Assembly: GCA_963933835.1 (NCBI GenBank)
Contig: CAWVVV010000002.1
Span: 96,001 to 160,000 of the forward strand
DNA from: an uncultured Puniceicoccaceae bacterium
Lineage (GTDB): Bacteria; Verrucomicrobiota; Verrucomicrobiia; Opitutales; Oceanipulchritudinaceae
DNA length: 64,000 bases
Direction: 5' to 3'
The position numbers and the translations under genes are program-made. Positions 52,301 through 62,294 of the stretch are shown one piece after another. The first letter of the stretch is position 1. Each line of letters begins with the position of its first letter. The notes below the pieces were generated by a model, which worked only from the letters and a program-made list of their open reading frames with translations, did no database searches and was not told the DNA's origin.

Positions 52301-52440
52301 ACAGTATTGGCCTTGTTGTCGTCACCGGGATGGCCCTCGGAACGCTCTTCACCCTTTTGGTTATTCCGACAATTTACACCCTTATCGCTAAGTCTCACCG
52401 AGGCGTCGATATGCGCATCGAGTCATCGCAAGTGCTGTAA
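49348..52440 (+). CDS. RND efflux permease (AcrB/MexW-like)
   Basis: 'FIKRP', 'GLVVDDAIV', 'KNGILIVEFAN', 'RLRPVLMT'; 1030 aa. Confidence 0.96.
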   Translation: MNITDIFIKRPILAIVVNLVIVIAGIQAYFSITVRQYPETQNASIVINTVYIGADAELVRGFITIPIEQAIAAADGIDYVKSDSKRGLSTITARLKLNFDANRALTEISAKVDQVRGDLPPEAEIPTINVETADSQFAAAYLSFTSDILQQNEITDYLMRSIQPRLAAIAGVQRSEILGARNFAMRVWMDPNKMAAFGVTAAEVRQALSSNNYLSAIGQTKGAMVQVSLSANTDLNSVKEFEELVVRETNGALIRLSDVATVALGAEDYTTEVRASGRTSTFMGIWVLPDSNAIDVIAAVSAEMERIQKDLPRGLEARVAYDSTEYINSAITEVRSTLIETLAIVVIVIFLFIGSARAVIVPVMTIPISLIGALFIMQISGFTLNLLTILAIVLSVGLVVDDAIVILENIERNLRKGLSPFDAAIVGARELIGPVIATTITLAAVYAPIAFQGGLTGSLFREFALTLTGAIVISTIVAITLSPWMSSVLLSQKSTEGWLSRKVTNVFDALRDGYTHILDLTLRYRFAIMIIWAGGFLLAFPLYMFSPKELAPIEDQGVIFAILDTPANSTLEYTSAAAKAANESFFGVEETNFSFQITYPSGGFSGAVLKPWDQRERSVFEIKPEIDQGLYSIPSVSLFSRLPPALPGGGNFPVEFVIASTAEPAEILGYAQQIMAKGMERGALQFAFLDTKIDQPFTEVIIDREKGASMGLSMQSIGTDLASMLGGNYVNRFNIEGYSYKVIPQVERIGRLNPSQLEDVYISGPSNSVIPLSSVATLEQSVQPRSLLRMQQLNAVTIQGGPARALGLTLATLEDIAKETLPEGYRVDYLGESRQLKNPGVPFWLTMVLASVLIYLVLAAQFNSYRDPLVILLGSAPLAFFGASIFTFLKMDPGTGIPYWTDGWTTSVNIYTQVGLITLIGLVAKNGILIVEFANVLQREGRSKVEAVREASCIRLRPVLMTTAATVLGHFPLVLVTGPGAAARNSIGLVVVTGMALGTLFTLLVIPTIYTLIAKSHRGVDMRIESSQVL

Positions 52441-52540
52441 GGTTTTTAAACTCAAGCGGAATAGAATACGCTAGTAGATGCTCAAATGTCCCGAAGAGGC
52501 CAATCGTCGTCATCTTCGATACATTCAAAACACATCTCCT

Positions 52541-52936
52541 ATGCGCCTATCACTTCACCTCTTACCTGTAGCCATTTTTCTACTCGGTTCCTCACTTTAT
52601 GGCACCACCCTTGCCGAAGGCACCTGGACTAAAAGCAAATACAAGATCGCCGGGTCCTGGAAAATTGAAGAAACGGCCGATGGCACTTTTCTATCCTTCA
52701 GCGAAGACTTCAAAACGAAAAAGGCGCCAGACTTGAAAGTCGCCTTCAATCCAAAAGCTTTTGCGGACGTCTCGGCTAAGAATGCCCTCTTGGACGCCCT
52801 CATCATCTCGGAGCTCAAAACCTACAAAGGCGCAGTGTCGATTCAGCTGCCAGATGACCTTCGCTTGGACGCGTATCAATCGCTCATCATTCACTGCGAG
52901 CAATACTCCATTCTTTGGGGCGGAGCTGACTTATAA
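52541..52936 (+). CDS. Secreted DM13-domain protein
   Basis: Signal peptide; 'APDLKV', 'LK..KG', 'YQSLIIHCEQYSILWG'. Confidence 0.8.
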   Translation: MRLSLHLLPVAIFLLGSSLYGTTLAEGTWTKSKYKIAGSWKIEETADGTFLSFSEDFKTKKAPDLKVAFNPKAFADVSAKNALLDALIISELKTYKGAVSIQLPDDLRLDAYQSLIIHCEQYSILWGGADL

Positions 52937-53075
52937 CCCCCTCGTCTAGATGTAGCCTTTACGGCTGCATTGATATATGGATAATAAATAAATTCGGTGG
53001 CTTCACTGCCTGGCTTTATCCCCTCATCTTCGTGATGCCTTGGCTCAGCCGTGCTAGCTACAACCCCCAACTGCT

Positions 53076-54635
53076 ATGATAAAATCCCTTCACATCGATC
53101 TACATAAGCTCTCGAACTTTGTTAGTTTATCCATTCCCATCCTAGCGATCCTAGCTTTTCTATGCGTCGTCTACATCTCATTCTATTTTCACTTTATCAG
53201 TGTTGCATTGTTCTTCGCCTTCCTAGTCGATTTGAGCTATCGCAAAGTGCAGAACAAGCACACCATGCTTAAGAACTTCGGCATCATGGGGCGGGCCCGT
53301 TACCTCATGGAAAGTATTGGTCCAGAACTACGACAGTAATTTTTCGCCAACGACACTGAGGAGCGGCCTTTCAACCGTCAGCAGCGCGCTGAAGTGTATC
53401 GTAAAGCCAAGGACATCGACTCGGCTGCATCTTTTGGTTCGCTCCATAACTTTGATGCCGAAGAGATCAAAGTGCGGCATTCGATGTTTCCTTCCTCAAA
53501 GGCCGATTTAAAACCCTTCCGCGTCACGGTGGGAGAAGAACGAGGCCTCAAATCAGCCTACACCATCATCCGGCCCATTATGATCAGCGCGATGAGCTAC
53601 GGCGCGCTCGGCAGCAATGCTGTCCGCGCTCTTGCCCGTGAGGCACGCCTAGCCTCAATCCCAATGAACACAGGTGAAGGCGGGTTTCCCAAATATCACC
53701 TCATGGAAGGCTGTGATCTCATCTTCCAACTCGGCACGGAAAAATTTGGTGTGCGCAATGAAGATGGCACCCTGCACGAAGAAAAGCTCCGTGAGCTCAC
53801 GGCGAAGCCCGAGATCAAGATGATCGAGATCAAGCTCTCACAAGGTGCAAAACCTGGAAAGGGAGGACTTCTCCCAAAAGAAAAGATATCCGATGAAATC
53901 GCCGAGCTCCGCGGAGTCAGTAAAGATAAAGACGTCGTCTCGCCACCGCATCACGCAGAATGTAAGGATCTTTCCACTACAGTCAGCTTTATCAAACATG
54001 TGCAGGAAGTGGGTGGTCTGCCCACCGGTATTAAACTGTGCGTTGGTTCTCTCAACGAATTCAAAGCACTCATCGGAGAGATGAAGCGACAGGACGTCTT
54101 TCCTGACTACATCTCGATTGACGGTTCTGAAGGCGGCACTGGCGCCGCTCCGAGGGCCTTCCTCGATCGCGTAGGAATGCCTCTTCTGCCCGCCCTCTGC
54201 GGCGTGCAACACATCCTTATAGAAGAAGGGGTGCGTAAACGGGTAAAGCTCTTTGCAGCGGGGAAACTCATTGATCCGAGTAGCCAAATTCTCGCCTTCG
54301 CACTCGGCGCTGATGTCATCTACTCCGCCCGCGGATTCATGCTTTCACTCGGCTGCATTCAAGCGATGCAATGCGGAAACAACACTTGCCCGGTTGGCAT
54401 CACAACACATGACCCGTCACTCACTCGCGGTCTAGTCATCGGCGAAAAAGCCGTCCGCATAAAAAACTACGTCGAACACATTGAACATGATCTCGTTGAA
54501 CTTCTCGCCGCAACCGGGAAACGATCACTACACGAGTTGACTCTGGATAATCTCTACGTCCCAAGTCAAAGCAGCCTCGCTGGAATGGTCCGTGAAGACC
54601 CGTTCTTCAAGCCTGAGATTTCCGCTGTTGTTTAA
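53076..54635 (+). pseudogene. FMN-binding glutamate synthase family protein with in-frame TAA at 53337-53339
   Basis: 'GPELRQ*FFAND.EERPFNR' in one frame; later 'SAMSYGAL', 'NTGEGG', 'KLSQGAKPGKGG', 'GCIQAMQC...CPVG'. Confidence 0.85.
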
Positions 54636-54677
54636 TTCTGGATACATCTAAAACTAATCTCCTTACCCAGACACAAA

Positions 54678-55100
54678 ATGAAAAATCACTTTCTTCTCAG
54701 TTGGATTATCCAAGTCATTACCGCGATCGTTCTAGGCTTTGCAGTCTACCCCAAATTCGCCGGAGCAGAGGAGTCCATTGCCCTCTTCACCCATATAGAA
54801 ATGGAACCCTTTGGTCGCTATCTCATTGGAGCTCTTGAGCTCATAGCCATCATTCTGCTTCTTATCCCTTCCAGTGTGGCCTACGGCGCGCTCCTCACAT
54901 GGGGGGTCATGGTCGGGGCAACGATGGGTCACATGACAACGATCGGCTACAGTGGTTCGAACCTTTCCCTCGGCCTGCTCGCCTTAGCTCTACTCATCTT
55001 AAGCTCGGTCATCCTCTATATCCGACGCCTTGAGCTACCACTCATCGGCTCGATGTTCGATCGCGCCAGCGAAGCCAAATGCGCCACACCGGAATCGTAG
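54678..55100 (+). CDS. DoxX-like membrane protein
   Basis: Four TM helices; 'PKFAGA.ES..LF...MEPFGRY.IG..E'. Confidence 0.8.
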   Translation: MKNHFLLSWIIQVITAIVLGFAVYPKFAGAEESIALFTHIEMEPFGRYLIGALELIAIILLLIPSSVAYGALLTWGVMVGATMGHMTTIGYSGSNLSLGLLALALLILSSVILYIRRLELPLIGSMFDRASEAKCATPES

Positions 55101-55281
55101 GGTGATATTCGTAGCTGGGAGGACAAAATAAAATCTACATCTGAAGTTTAGGAGATCAAATATTTAGGGTCTCAAATCCGCTCAAATCGCGGGCTTGAAC
55201 GCAGATTGGTGCATCCCCACAAAATCAGCTTCCTTTCCCGCTTGCCCTGCCCCACACCCACACGCTTATTCCCTTCTTTCA

Positions 55282-58200
55282 ATGCCTAAGCGCACGGACA
55301 TTGAAACAATTCTCATCATTGGCTCCGGCCCGATCATCATCGGTCAAGCCTGTGAATTCGACTACAGCGGCACCCAAGCGTGCAAATCTCTCCGCGAAGA
55401 GGGATACCGCGTCGTCCTCGTCAACAGTAACCCGGCGACGATTATGACGGACCCTGAGTTTGCCGATGTGACCTACATCGAGCCGCTCACCGTCGACACT
55501 CTCCGCAAGATCATCGACCGCGAGCGCCCCGACGCTCTTCTCCCGACCCTCGGTGGCCAGACTGCGCTCAATCTCGCTTGCCGCCTCTACGAGGAAAAGA
55601 TCCTTGAGGAATTCAATGTCGAGATGATCGGCGCGCGCTACGACGCGATTCAAAAAGGTGAAGACCGCGAGCTCTTCAAAGACGCCATGCTCAAAATCGG
55701 GCTCGATGTTGCCCACAGTGTGATCGTCAACAACATGGAAGACGCCCGCGAAGCGGTAAAAAAGGTCGGCCTCCCAATCATCTCCCGCCCAAGCTTCACG
55801 ATGGGTGGCACCGGCGGTGGTGTTGCTTACAATCTCGAAGACTTCGAAGATCTCATTCAGCGCGGGCTCGATGCCAGCCCAATGCACGAGGTCATGATCG
55901 AAGAGTGTCTGCTCGGCTGGAAAGAGTACGAGATGGAAATCATGCGCGACCATAAGGACCAGTGCGTCGTTATCTGCTCGATCGAAAATTTCGACCCGAT
56001 GGGGGTTCACACCGGCGACTCGATTACCGTCGCCCCGACAATGACTCTCACAGACAAGGAGTATCAGCTCATGCGCGATGCCTCCTTTGCCTGTATCCGC
56101 GAAGTCGGTGTCGAAACCGGCGGCTCAAACATTCAGTTCTCCGTCAATCCGGACACTGGCCGGATGATCATTATCGAGATGAACCCGCGCGTAAGCCGGT
56201 CGTCCGCTCTCGCTTCCAAAGCCACCGGCTTCCCGATCGCTAAACTCGCCGCGAAGCTAGCGGTCGGCTACTCCCTCGATGAGCTGCAGAACGACATCAC
56301 CCGCGAAACCCCTGCCTGCTTCGAGCCGACAATCGATTATGTCGTGACGAAAATCCCTCGCTTCACTTTCGAGAAGTTCCCCAACGCCGACGACACCCTC
56401 ACGAGCTCGATGAAGTCCGTCGGCGAAGCAATGGCGATTGGCCGCACCTTTAAAGAATCCTTCCAGAAAGCCCTCCGCTCGCTCGAAATCGGGGCTTGGG
56501 GACTCGGCTGTGGCGGCAAGCACGGCGGCCTTGAACTCCCGCCTCTCAACGAAATCAAAGCAGGTCTTTCCCGTCCGAACGCACTTCGGCCCTTTCACCT
56601 GCGCTATGCCTTTCTCGCGGGCCTGACGGTCGACGACATTTTCGACCTCTGCGCCATCGACCGCTGGTTCCTTGTTCAGCTCGAACAAATCGTAAACATC
56701 GAAAAGGAACTCCGCGAAGCAAGCAAAACGCCTAGTGCCGAACTTCTGAAACGCGCCAAGGAAGCTGGCTTCACTGATCCCCAAATCGCCGAAGCGACCA
56801 CGCTTTCCTCCGCAGAAGCAAAAACTCAGCGCGAAGACGCGGGGATGAAAACGGTTTACCGGCTCGTCGACACCTGTGCGGCTGAATTTGAAGCGAAGAC
56901 TCCGTATTACTATTCCTCCTACGGCGACGAAAACGAAACGATCCCGAGCGACAAAAAGAAGGTCATGATTCTCGGCGGAGGCCCAAACCGTATCGGCCAA
57001 GGCATCGAGTTTGACTACTGCTGCGTGCACGCGGCTTTCGCTCTCACCGCCGCAGGCTTTGAGTCGGTCATGGTCAACTCCAACCCTGAGACCGTATCGA
57101 CCGACTACGACACTTCCGACCGCCTCTACTTCGAGCCACTTACCCTCGAAGACGTTTTAGAAGTTTATACGCAGGAAAAATGCTGGGGCGCGATCGTCCA
57201 GTTCGGTGGACAAACTCCGCTCAACCTCGCAAACGAACTCAAAGCGGCAGGCGTCAATATCATTGGCACTAGTCCTGAGATGATCGACGCAGCGGAAGAC
57301 CGCGAGCAGTTCAAAGCCATCCTCGAAAAGCTCAACATCCGCCAGCCGATCAACGGGATCGCTCGGAATGAAGAAGAAGCCTTCAAGGAAGCGCGGCGTA
57401 TTGGATTTCCAATTCTTCTTCGCCCAAGCTTCGTCCTCGGCGGACGGGGCATGTTCATCGTCTATTCTGAAGATGAAATGCGCAACGTCCTGCGCGAAGT
57501 CTTCGACGTCGCGCCTGGCAAACCCGTCCTTCTTGATCAGTTCCTCGAAGATGCGATCGAACTCGATGTTGATGCGATCAGCGACGGTGAGCTGACCGTC
57601 GTCGCAGGCATGCTCGAACACATTGAATTTGCAGGGGTGCACAGTGGCGATGCCGCCATGGTCATGCCTCCACACACCCTTGGTCGCCGCATGCTCGGCG
57701 AAGTCGAAGAAGCGACTAAGGACCTCGCCAAAGCGCTCAACGTTCGCGGCCTGATGAACATCCAGTTCGCGATCAAAGACGACGACCTCTACATCATCGA
57801 GGTCAACCCGCGCGCGAGCCGGACGGTACCATTTGTTTCCAAGGCTATTGGAGTTCCGATCGCAAAATACGCCGCCCTCATCATGGCCGGGCAAACGCTC
57901 CCTGAACTCGGCTTTACCGAATCCGTCACGCCGCCGTATTGGTCAGTTAAAGAAAGTGTTTTCCCCTTCGCTCGATTCCCGGGCGCTCCCATCACTCTTT
58001 CGCCTGAAATGCGCTCCACCGGTGAAGTCATGGGGATTGATGAAGACCTCGGCATCGCCTTTGCCAAAGCCCAACTCGCAGCCGGGCCACCCCTTCCAAC
58101 AGAAGGCACCGTTTTCATCTCTGTTAAGGAAGCGGACAAGCCGATCGCCGTCGATGTGGCTCGCCGCTTCGTTGCCCTCGGGTTCGAAATCGTATCCACT

Positions 58201-58512
58201 TCTAGGACTGCTAAAGTGCTGAAAGCGAACGATGTCCCTGTCAGCCTCGTACACAAGATCAGCGAAGGCCGCCCGCATGTCCTCGACTTGCTGAAGAACC
58301 GTGAAATCGCCCTCGTGATCAATACGCCCAGTGGCATGGTCCCGCGTCAGGACGAGAATATGATCCGCACAACTGCGATTAAATACGGCGTCCCGATCAT
58401 CTCCACCCTCACCGGAGCCCGCACCACCGTTGACGCCCTCCAAGCGATGACCCGCAAGGAGATCGACGTGAAGCCCATCCAGCACTACCACAAGCTGCTG
58501 AAGCAATCGTAG
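55282..58512 (+). CDS. carB: Carbamoyl-phosphate synthase large subunit
   Basis: 'MPKRTDI', '[10 protein letters not shown]', '[10 protein letters not shown]', two ATP-grasp domains, MGS domain. Confidence 0.98.
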   Translation: MPKRTDIETILIIGSGPIIIGQACEFDYSGTQACKSLREEGYRVVLVNSNPATIMTDPEFADVTYIEPLTVDTLRKIIDRERPDALLPTLGGQTALNLACRLYEEKILEEFNVEMIGARYDAIQKGEDRELFKDAMLKIGLDVAHSVIVNNMEDAREAVKKVGLPIISRPSFTMGGTGGGVAYNLEDFEDLIQRGLDASPMHEVMIEECLLGWKEYEMEIMRDHKDQCVVICSIENFDPMGVHTGDSITVAPTMTLTDKEYQLMRDASFACIREVGVETGGSNIQFSVNPDTGRMIIIEMNPRVSRSSALASKATGFPIAKLAAKLAVGYSLDELQNDITRETPACFEPTIDYVVTKIPRFTFEKFPNADDTLTSSMKSVGEAMAIGRTFKESFQKALRSLEIGAWGLGCGGKHGGLELPPLNEIKAGLSRPNALRPFHLRYAFLAGLTVDDIFDLCAIDRWFLVQLEQIVNIEKELREASKTPSAELLKRAKEAGFTDPQIAEATTLSSAEAKTQREDAGMKTVYRLVDTCAAEFEAKTPYYYSSYGDENETIPSDKKKVMILGGGPNRIGQGIEFDYCCVHAAFALTAAGFESVMVNSNPETVSTDYDTSDRLYFEPLTLEDVLEVYTQEKCWGAIVQFGGQTPLNLANELKAAGVNIIGTSPEMIDAAEDREQFKAILEKLNIRQPINGIARNEEEAFKEARRIGFPILLRPSFVLGGRGMFIVYSEDEMRNVLREVFDVAPGKPVLLDQFLEDAIELDVDAISDGELTVVAGMLEHIEFAGVHSGDAAMVMPPHTLGRRMLGEVEEATKDLAKALNVRGLMNIQFAIKDDDLYIIEVNPRASRTVPFVSKAIGVPIAKYAALIMAGQTLPELGFTESVTPPYWSVKESVFPFARFPGAPITLSPEMRSTGEVMGIDEDLGIAFAKAQLAAGPPLPTEGTVFISVKEADKPIAVDVARRFVALGFEIVSTSRTAKVLKANDVPVSLVHKISEGRPHVLDLLKNREIALVINTPSGMVPRQDENMIRTTAIKYGVPIISTLTGARTTVDALQAMTRKEIDVKPIQHYHKLLKQS

Positions 58513-58552
58513 GGCTTGGTATTAAAAGAGGCGTATAGCCCTTACGGCTAAT

Positions 58553-60386
58553 TCAATCTGCAACAAGAATGCGGTAGAAATATAGGTCACCTATACCGGT
58601 CCCTATTTGTTCGGAGCGGATTGCCTCTTCCCCGGATCCCTCGATCTCAATTCCTCGGATGCCCCAATTCAAAAGTGTAGTTGAGGACTGCAACATGTAA
58701 CGCTTGTCCCGTTCAGTAGACCAACGTAATTCGACTTCAGTCTCAGAAATTATACTAGGATCAAGAAAAAGGAATGATGCTGAATCCTCTGGATCTGTCC
58801 CTGCGAGGTATTCTGATCTGTTGCTCATCCCATCGAGATCTGAGTCCGTCTTACCATCGGTAATTCCGAGTGCTCCAAACTCTCGCCGTTCCCAAAAATC
58901 AGGAAGCTCATTTGTATCTTCATCGAAGGGGCGCATTCGGAAATCAGCCACAAAGAGAAGGTGGTCCGAAGCAAGTGAATCGCCGGCATTCAAGGCATAC
59001 TGAGCCAGTCGCTCTATGGACATGTCGGGGGTATAGACCAGGTAGGAATTCGCTAGCTCCAGAACACTATCCGAGTAGATCAAGTAATCGAGATGGCCCG
59101 GCCAAAAATCTGCTGCCCCTTCGTCAATCCAAGTGAAGCCACCACGACTCACTGTGCCGAGGAACAACACTGCTTAGCGCACTTCCGTCCCAATCTGGCA
59201 CATAGTCCTCTCCAAAGTTCGACTCATTGACGATGTCGCCTTCAAGCAATGTACGCGGCTGTTGCGCACGTCCGACAAAGTTCATGTCGCCCGCAAATAT
59301 AATGGGCGTGTTCTGCTCGATCGCTTGGCCTACCTCAGTCGTCACACCTGAGCGTAGAAATGCAATGATTTGATCCACCTCGACTTGCCGAGCATTGTCG
59401 TTGGCGCAGCAGGGCGGGTGAGCGTTTATAACTATGGTGTAGTAGCCCAATAGCTCCCGCGTATCGAGTTCGACGGCGAGATTCCCTGTCCCAGAATTAA
59501 GTGCATCCAGCGTCCAAAAGCGAGTAATCGGAAAACGGCTCACCGTGATCGTATCACCAAACTCTGTTGAAGGCTCCGACGCATACCACTGCGCACCCTC
59601 CTCCAGGGGCAGCCATCCTTCGATTAGACTCCGCGTTTCCTCCGCAGTGTGTCCGAAAATCTCTTGGAAATTAATAACATCGGGTCGCACTGCTTCTATC
59701 TGCCGCCGAAAGCTATCCGCATAGAGCAGGTTAAAGATGCGATCGAACAAAACGTTGTAGGTCACTATGCGTAGATCGCTTGTTCTATGTTTCTCGAAGT
59801 CGATGACGGTCTCTTCTGGCAGGGCGCCCTGCCCCAACACGTAACTGATACTCCCCGCATCCGGCAAACGATCACCACCTGCCCTCTCCTCCAGCCACAC
59901 TTCCACATTCATTCCACTGAAGAGTTGGTTCACCCCATCCGGCACGGCGTCGAGCGCTACCCCGATTTCAAGGACAGTCGTTGAAACCGTCGGCATCTGT
60001 CGAAAACCGATCTGAGTGTAATCCAGTGAAGTAGCCGTGACGCTCCCTCCAAATCGGTAAACTCCAGTGCGACCACCGAGGTGCCATTCCAATTCTTGGC
60101 CATTCTCACCTCGGATAAAGAGCCGGAGCTCGTTGTTTTCACTGGCATCGATCTCCGCCGTGGTCTCAAACCTCAAATATAGGTAGTCATCATCATCCGA
60201 TAACCAAAGTCTGCCCAAATCTACCTCCGAGACGGAATCGCCAAGGGCATCCGTTGCAGCCACCCCTACACTTGCCCAATCATCGAATTCGCCATCGATC
60301 ACGATTGGCGCCCGAATGCCGAATGCCACTCCTGTCATTGTGAAGATCAGCCCCAGCCGAACACTCAACGAAAACTTGCTCATCAT
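58553..60386 (-). pseudogene. Secreted endonuclease/exonuclease/phosphatase family protein with C-terminal surface module, frameshifted near 59150
   Basis: 'TYNV', 'FQEI', 'AGDMN' in the first ORF; 'FTW', 'LDYL', 'SDH' and 'DSDLDGMSN..EYLAGTDP...YFYRI' in the second. Confidence 0.78.
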
Positions 60387-60536
60387 CTCTATTCAGCTTT
60401 CAGCTTTTTGCATCCGAGGCAAGGCGCACGCTCACATACGCGCACTCATCTGAACTCCAATACCGCTTCCGCCGCAAAACCATTGACGATCAAGCTTCCG
60501 TCAGCGAGCGTTCGCGGCTGTTTCCTTAGCACACCT

Positions 60537-61256
60537 ATGAAAGACGAAGAAAAGAAGATTTTATCCCCTGCCGAAGCCGCCGCGCAAGCGACGCCAACTA
60601 ACTTTGATCTCGAGAGCGATCTCCCGCCAGACGCGGATATCGAGGATCGTTTCAACGATTTCTGGAAGAAGAATGGCACTTTCGTCTTCGCCATCATCGC
60701 CCTCCTCGCCGTCATCGTTGTCGGCTCACAGAGCGTCGGTTATATTGAAGACCGCGGTGAACGGAAGCTGCGCGACCAATACGCCCAGATCTCTTCAAAC
60801 GAAGCCCGCCTCGAATTCGCCGAGAAACACGACAATCACTCGCTGGGTGGACTCGCCTATCTCGAGCTCGCCGACCAAAGCTACCGTGCGGAGAGCTTTC
60901 TTGAAGCCTCGAACTACTACGATAACGCCGCCGAGGTGCTCGAAGAAAGCAACAGCATCCTCGCAAACCGCTCCAAACTTGGCAGCGGGATGGCTTACCT
61001 CCGCGCCGGTGACAGCCTCGGTCTAGAGCGCCTTGAAGCTCTCGCCAACAATCCTGATGCGATCGAAGCGATTCGAGCAGAAGCCGCCTTCCACCACGCT
61101 TATGCCGCATGGGAAGCAAGTAACCTCGACGATGCTCAACGCTCACTCGATTTGCTTGGGACATTTTCTACCGCACCTGAATGGCAGGCACTTGGAAATG
61201 ATCTCCAGTCAATGATGCCAGCTGCAGAAGTTCCGGAATTTGGCGTCGCCTCGTAA
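60537..61256 (+). CDS. YfgM-like membrane-anchored TPR protein
   Basis: 'FWKKNG' + TM + helical repeats; start at ATG 60537. Confidence 0.7.
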   Translation: MKDEEKKILSPAEAAAQATPTNFDLESDLPPDADIEDRFNDFWKKNGTFVFAIIALLAVIVVGSQSVGYIEDRGERKLRDQYAQISSNEARLEFAEKHDNHSLGGLAYLELADQSYRAESFLEASNYYDNAAEVLEESNSILANRSKLGSGMAYLRAGDSLGLERLEALANNPDAIEAIRAEAAFHHAYAAWEASNLDDAQRSLDLLGTFSTAPEWQALGNDLQSMMPAAEVPEFGVAS

Positions 61257-61295
61257 GCAACAACGCTCGGCCTTCAAACGCTGATAGGTAAATCG

Positions 61296-62102
61296 ATGAC
61301 CTTCGCCGACAAACTCCGCAAGGCTTGGACCTCGAGCAACTCGATGCTCTGCGTTGGCCTCGACCCCGACTTAAAGCGCGTCCCCGAAGTACTGCGTAAC
61401 CACGCTCAACCGCTTTTCGCTTTCAACAAAGCGATCATCGACGCCACCGCACCTTACGCCTGCGCCTACAAGCCACAGTTCGCTCACTACGCGGCCGAAG
61501 ATCGCCTCGATGAACTCAAGGCGACCCTCGAGTATCTCCGCACCGCTTACCCGGAGAAGGTCACGATCCTCGACGCCAAGCGCGGAGATATTGGAAACAC
61601 AGCCGTCCGTTACGCGAAAGAAGCGTTTCATGTCTACGGTGCAGATTCTTTAACCGTAAACCCCTACATGGGGGGTGATACGATTGCTCCCTTTTCAAGC
61701 GATGCGAGCAACGGCGTCTTTGTTCTTTGCCGCACTTCAAACCCTGGTTCAGGCGAGCTCCAAAGCCTCGAAGTCGCCGGCCGGCCGCTCTACGAAATCG
61801 TCGCTGAAAGAGCTGCTAAAGCTTGGAACGACAACCGGAACCTAGGTCTGGTCCTTGGAGCGACCTACCCAAAAGAACTCGCCCGTGTGCGTTCCGTGGC
61901 GCCTGATCTTCCATTTCTAGTCCCTGGTATTGGTGCTCAGGGAGGTGACCTTGAAGCCGTCCTAGAGCATGGGCGCGATGCCACCGGTTACGGCATGCTG
62001 ATCAACAGCTCCCGCGGCATCATCTATGCAGGTGAAGGCGAAGGTTTCGCCGCTGCTTCCGCCGCTGCCGCGCGCGAACTGGCCGAAGCGACGGGGATCT
62101 AA
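61296..62102 (+). CDS. pyrF: Orotidine-5'-phosphate decarboxylase
   Basis: 'LCVGLDP', 'ILDAKRGDIGNT', 'TVNPYMG', 'VPGIGAQGG', 'NSSRGI'. Confidence 0.96.
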   Translation: MTFADKLRKAWTSSNSMLCVGLDPDLKRVPEVLRNHAQPLFAFNKAIIDATAPYACAYKPQFAHYAAEDRLDELKATLEYLRTAYPEKVTILDAKRGDIGNTAVRYAKEAFHVYGADSLTVNPYMGGDTIAPFSSDASNGVFVLCRTSNPGSGELQSLEVAGRPLYEIVAERAAKAWNDNRNLGLVLGATYPKELARVRSVAPDLPFLVPGIGAQGGDLEAVLEHGRDATGYGMLINSSRGIIYAGEGEGFAAASAAAARELAEATGI

Positions 62103-62294
62103 GTAGGCTAGAAAGATTTCCTAAGCGCTCGATAAAAGGCAACGCCACGTGATTAGCACAAAGCCACCGCTTGCTTTCTCCAAAGGGCCATGCTACCAAG
62201 CCTTCTTTTAATTTAGAGGATAGTCGCTGGCGCACGTGGAAGACCAATTCTTGGCCAAGCCGTGCAGTCGCCACCTCTGTTGATTTTCTTACAT

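Noticed and set aside
53337..53339. Recoded stop (selenocysteine/pyrrolysine)
   Set aside because: The codon is TAA at an expected Tyr position, and TAA ends many other genes here
55150..55195. CTCAAATC direct repeats upstream of carB as an operator
   Set aside because: Too short, and no match to an operator I can name
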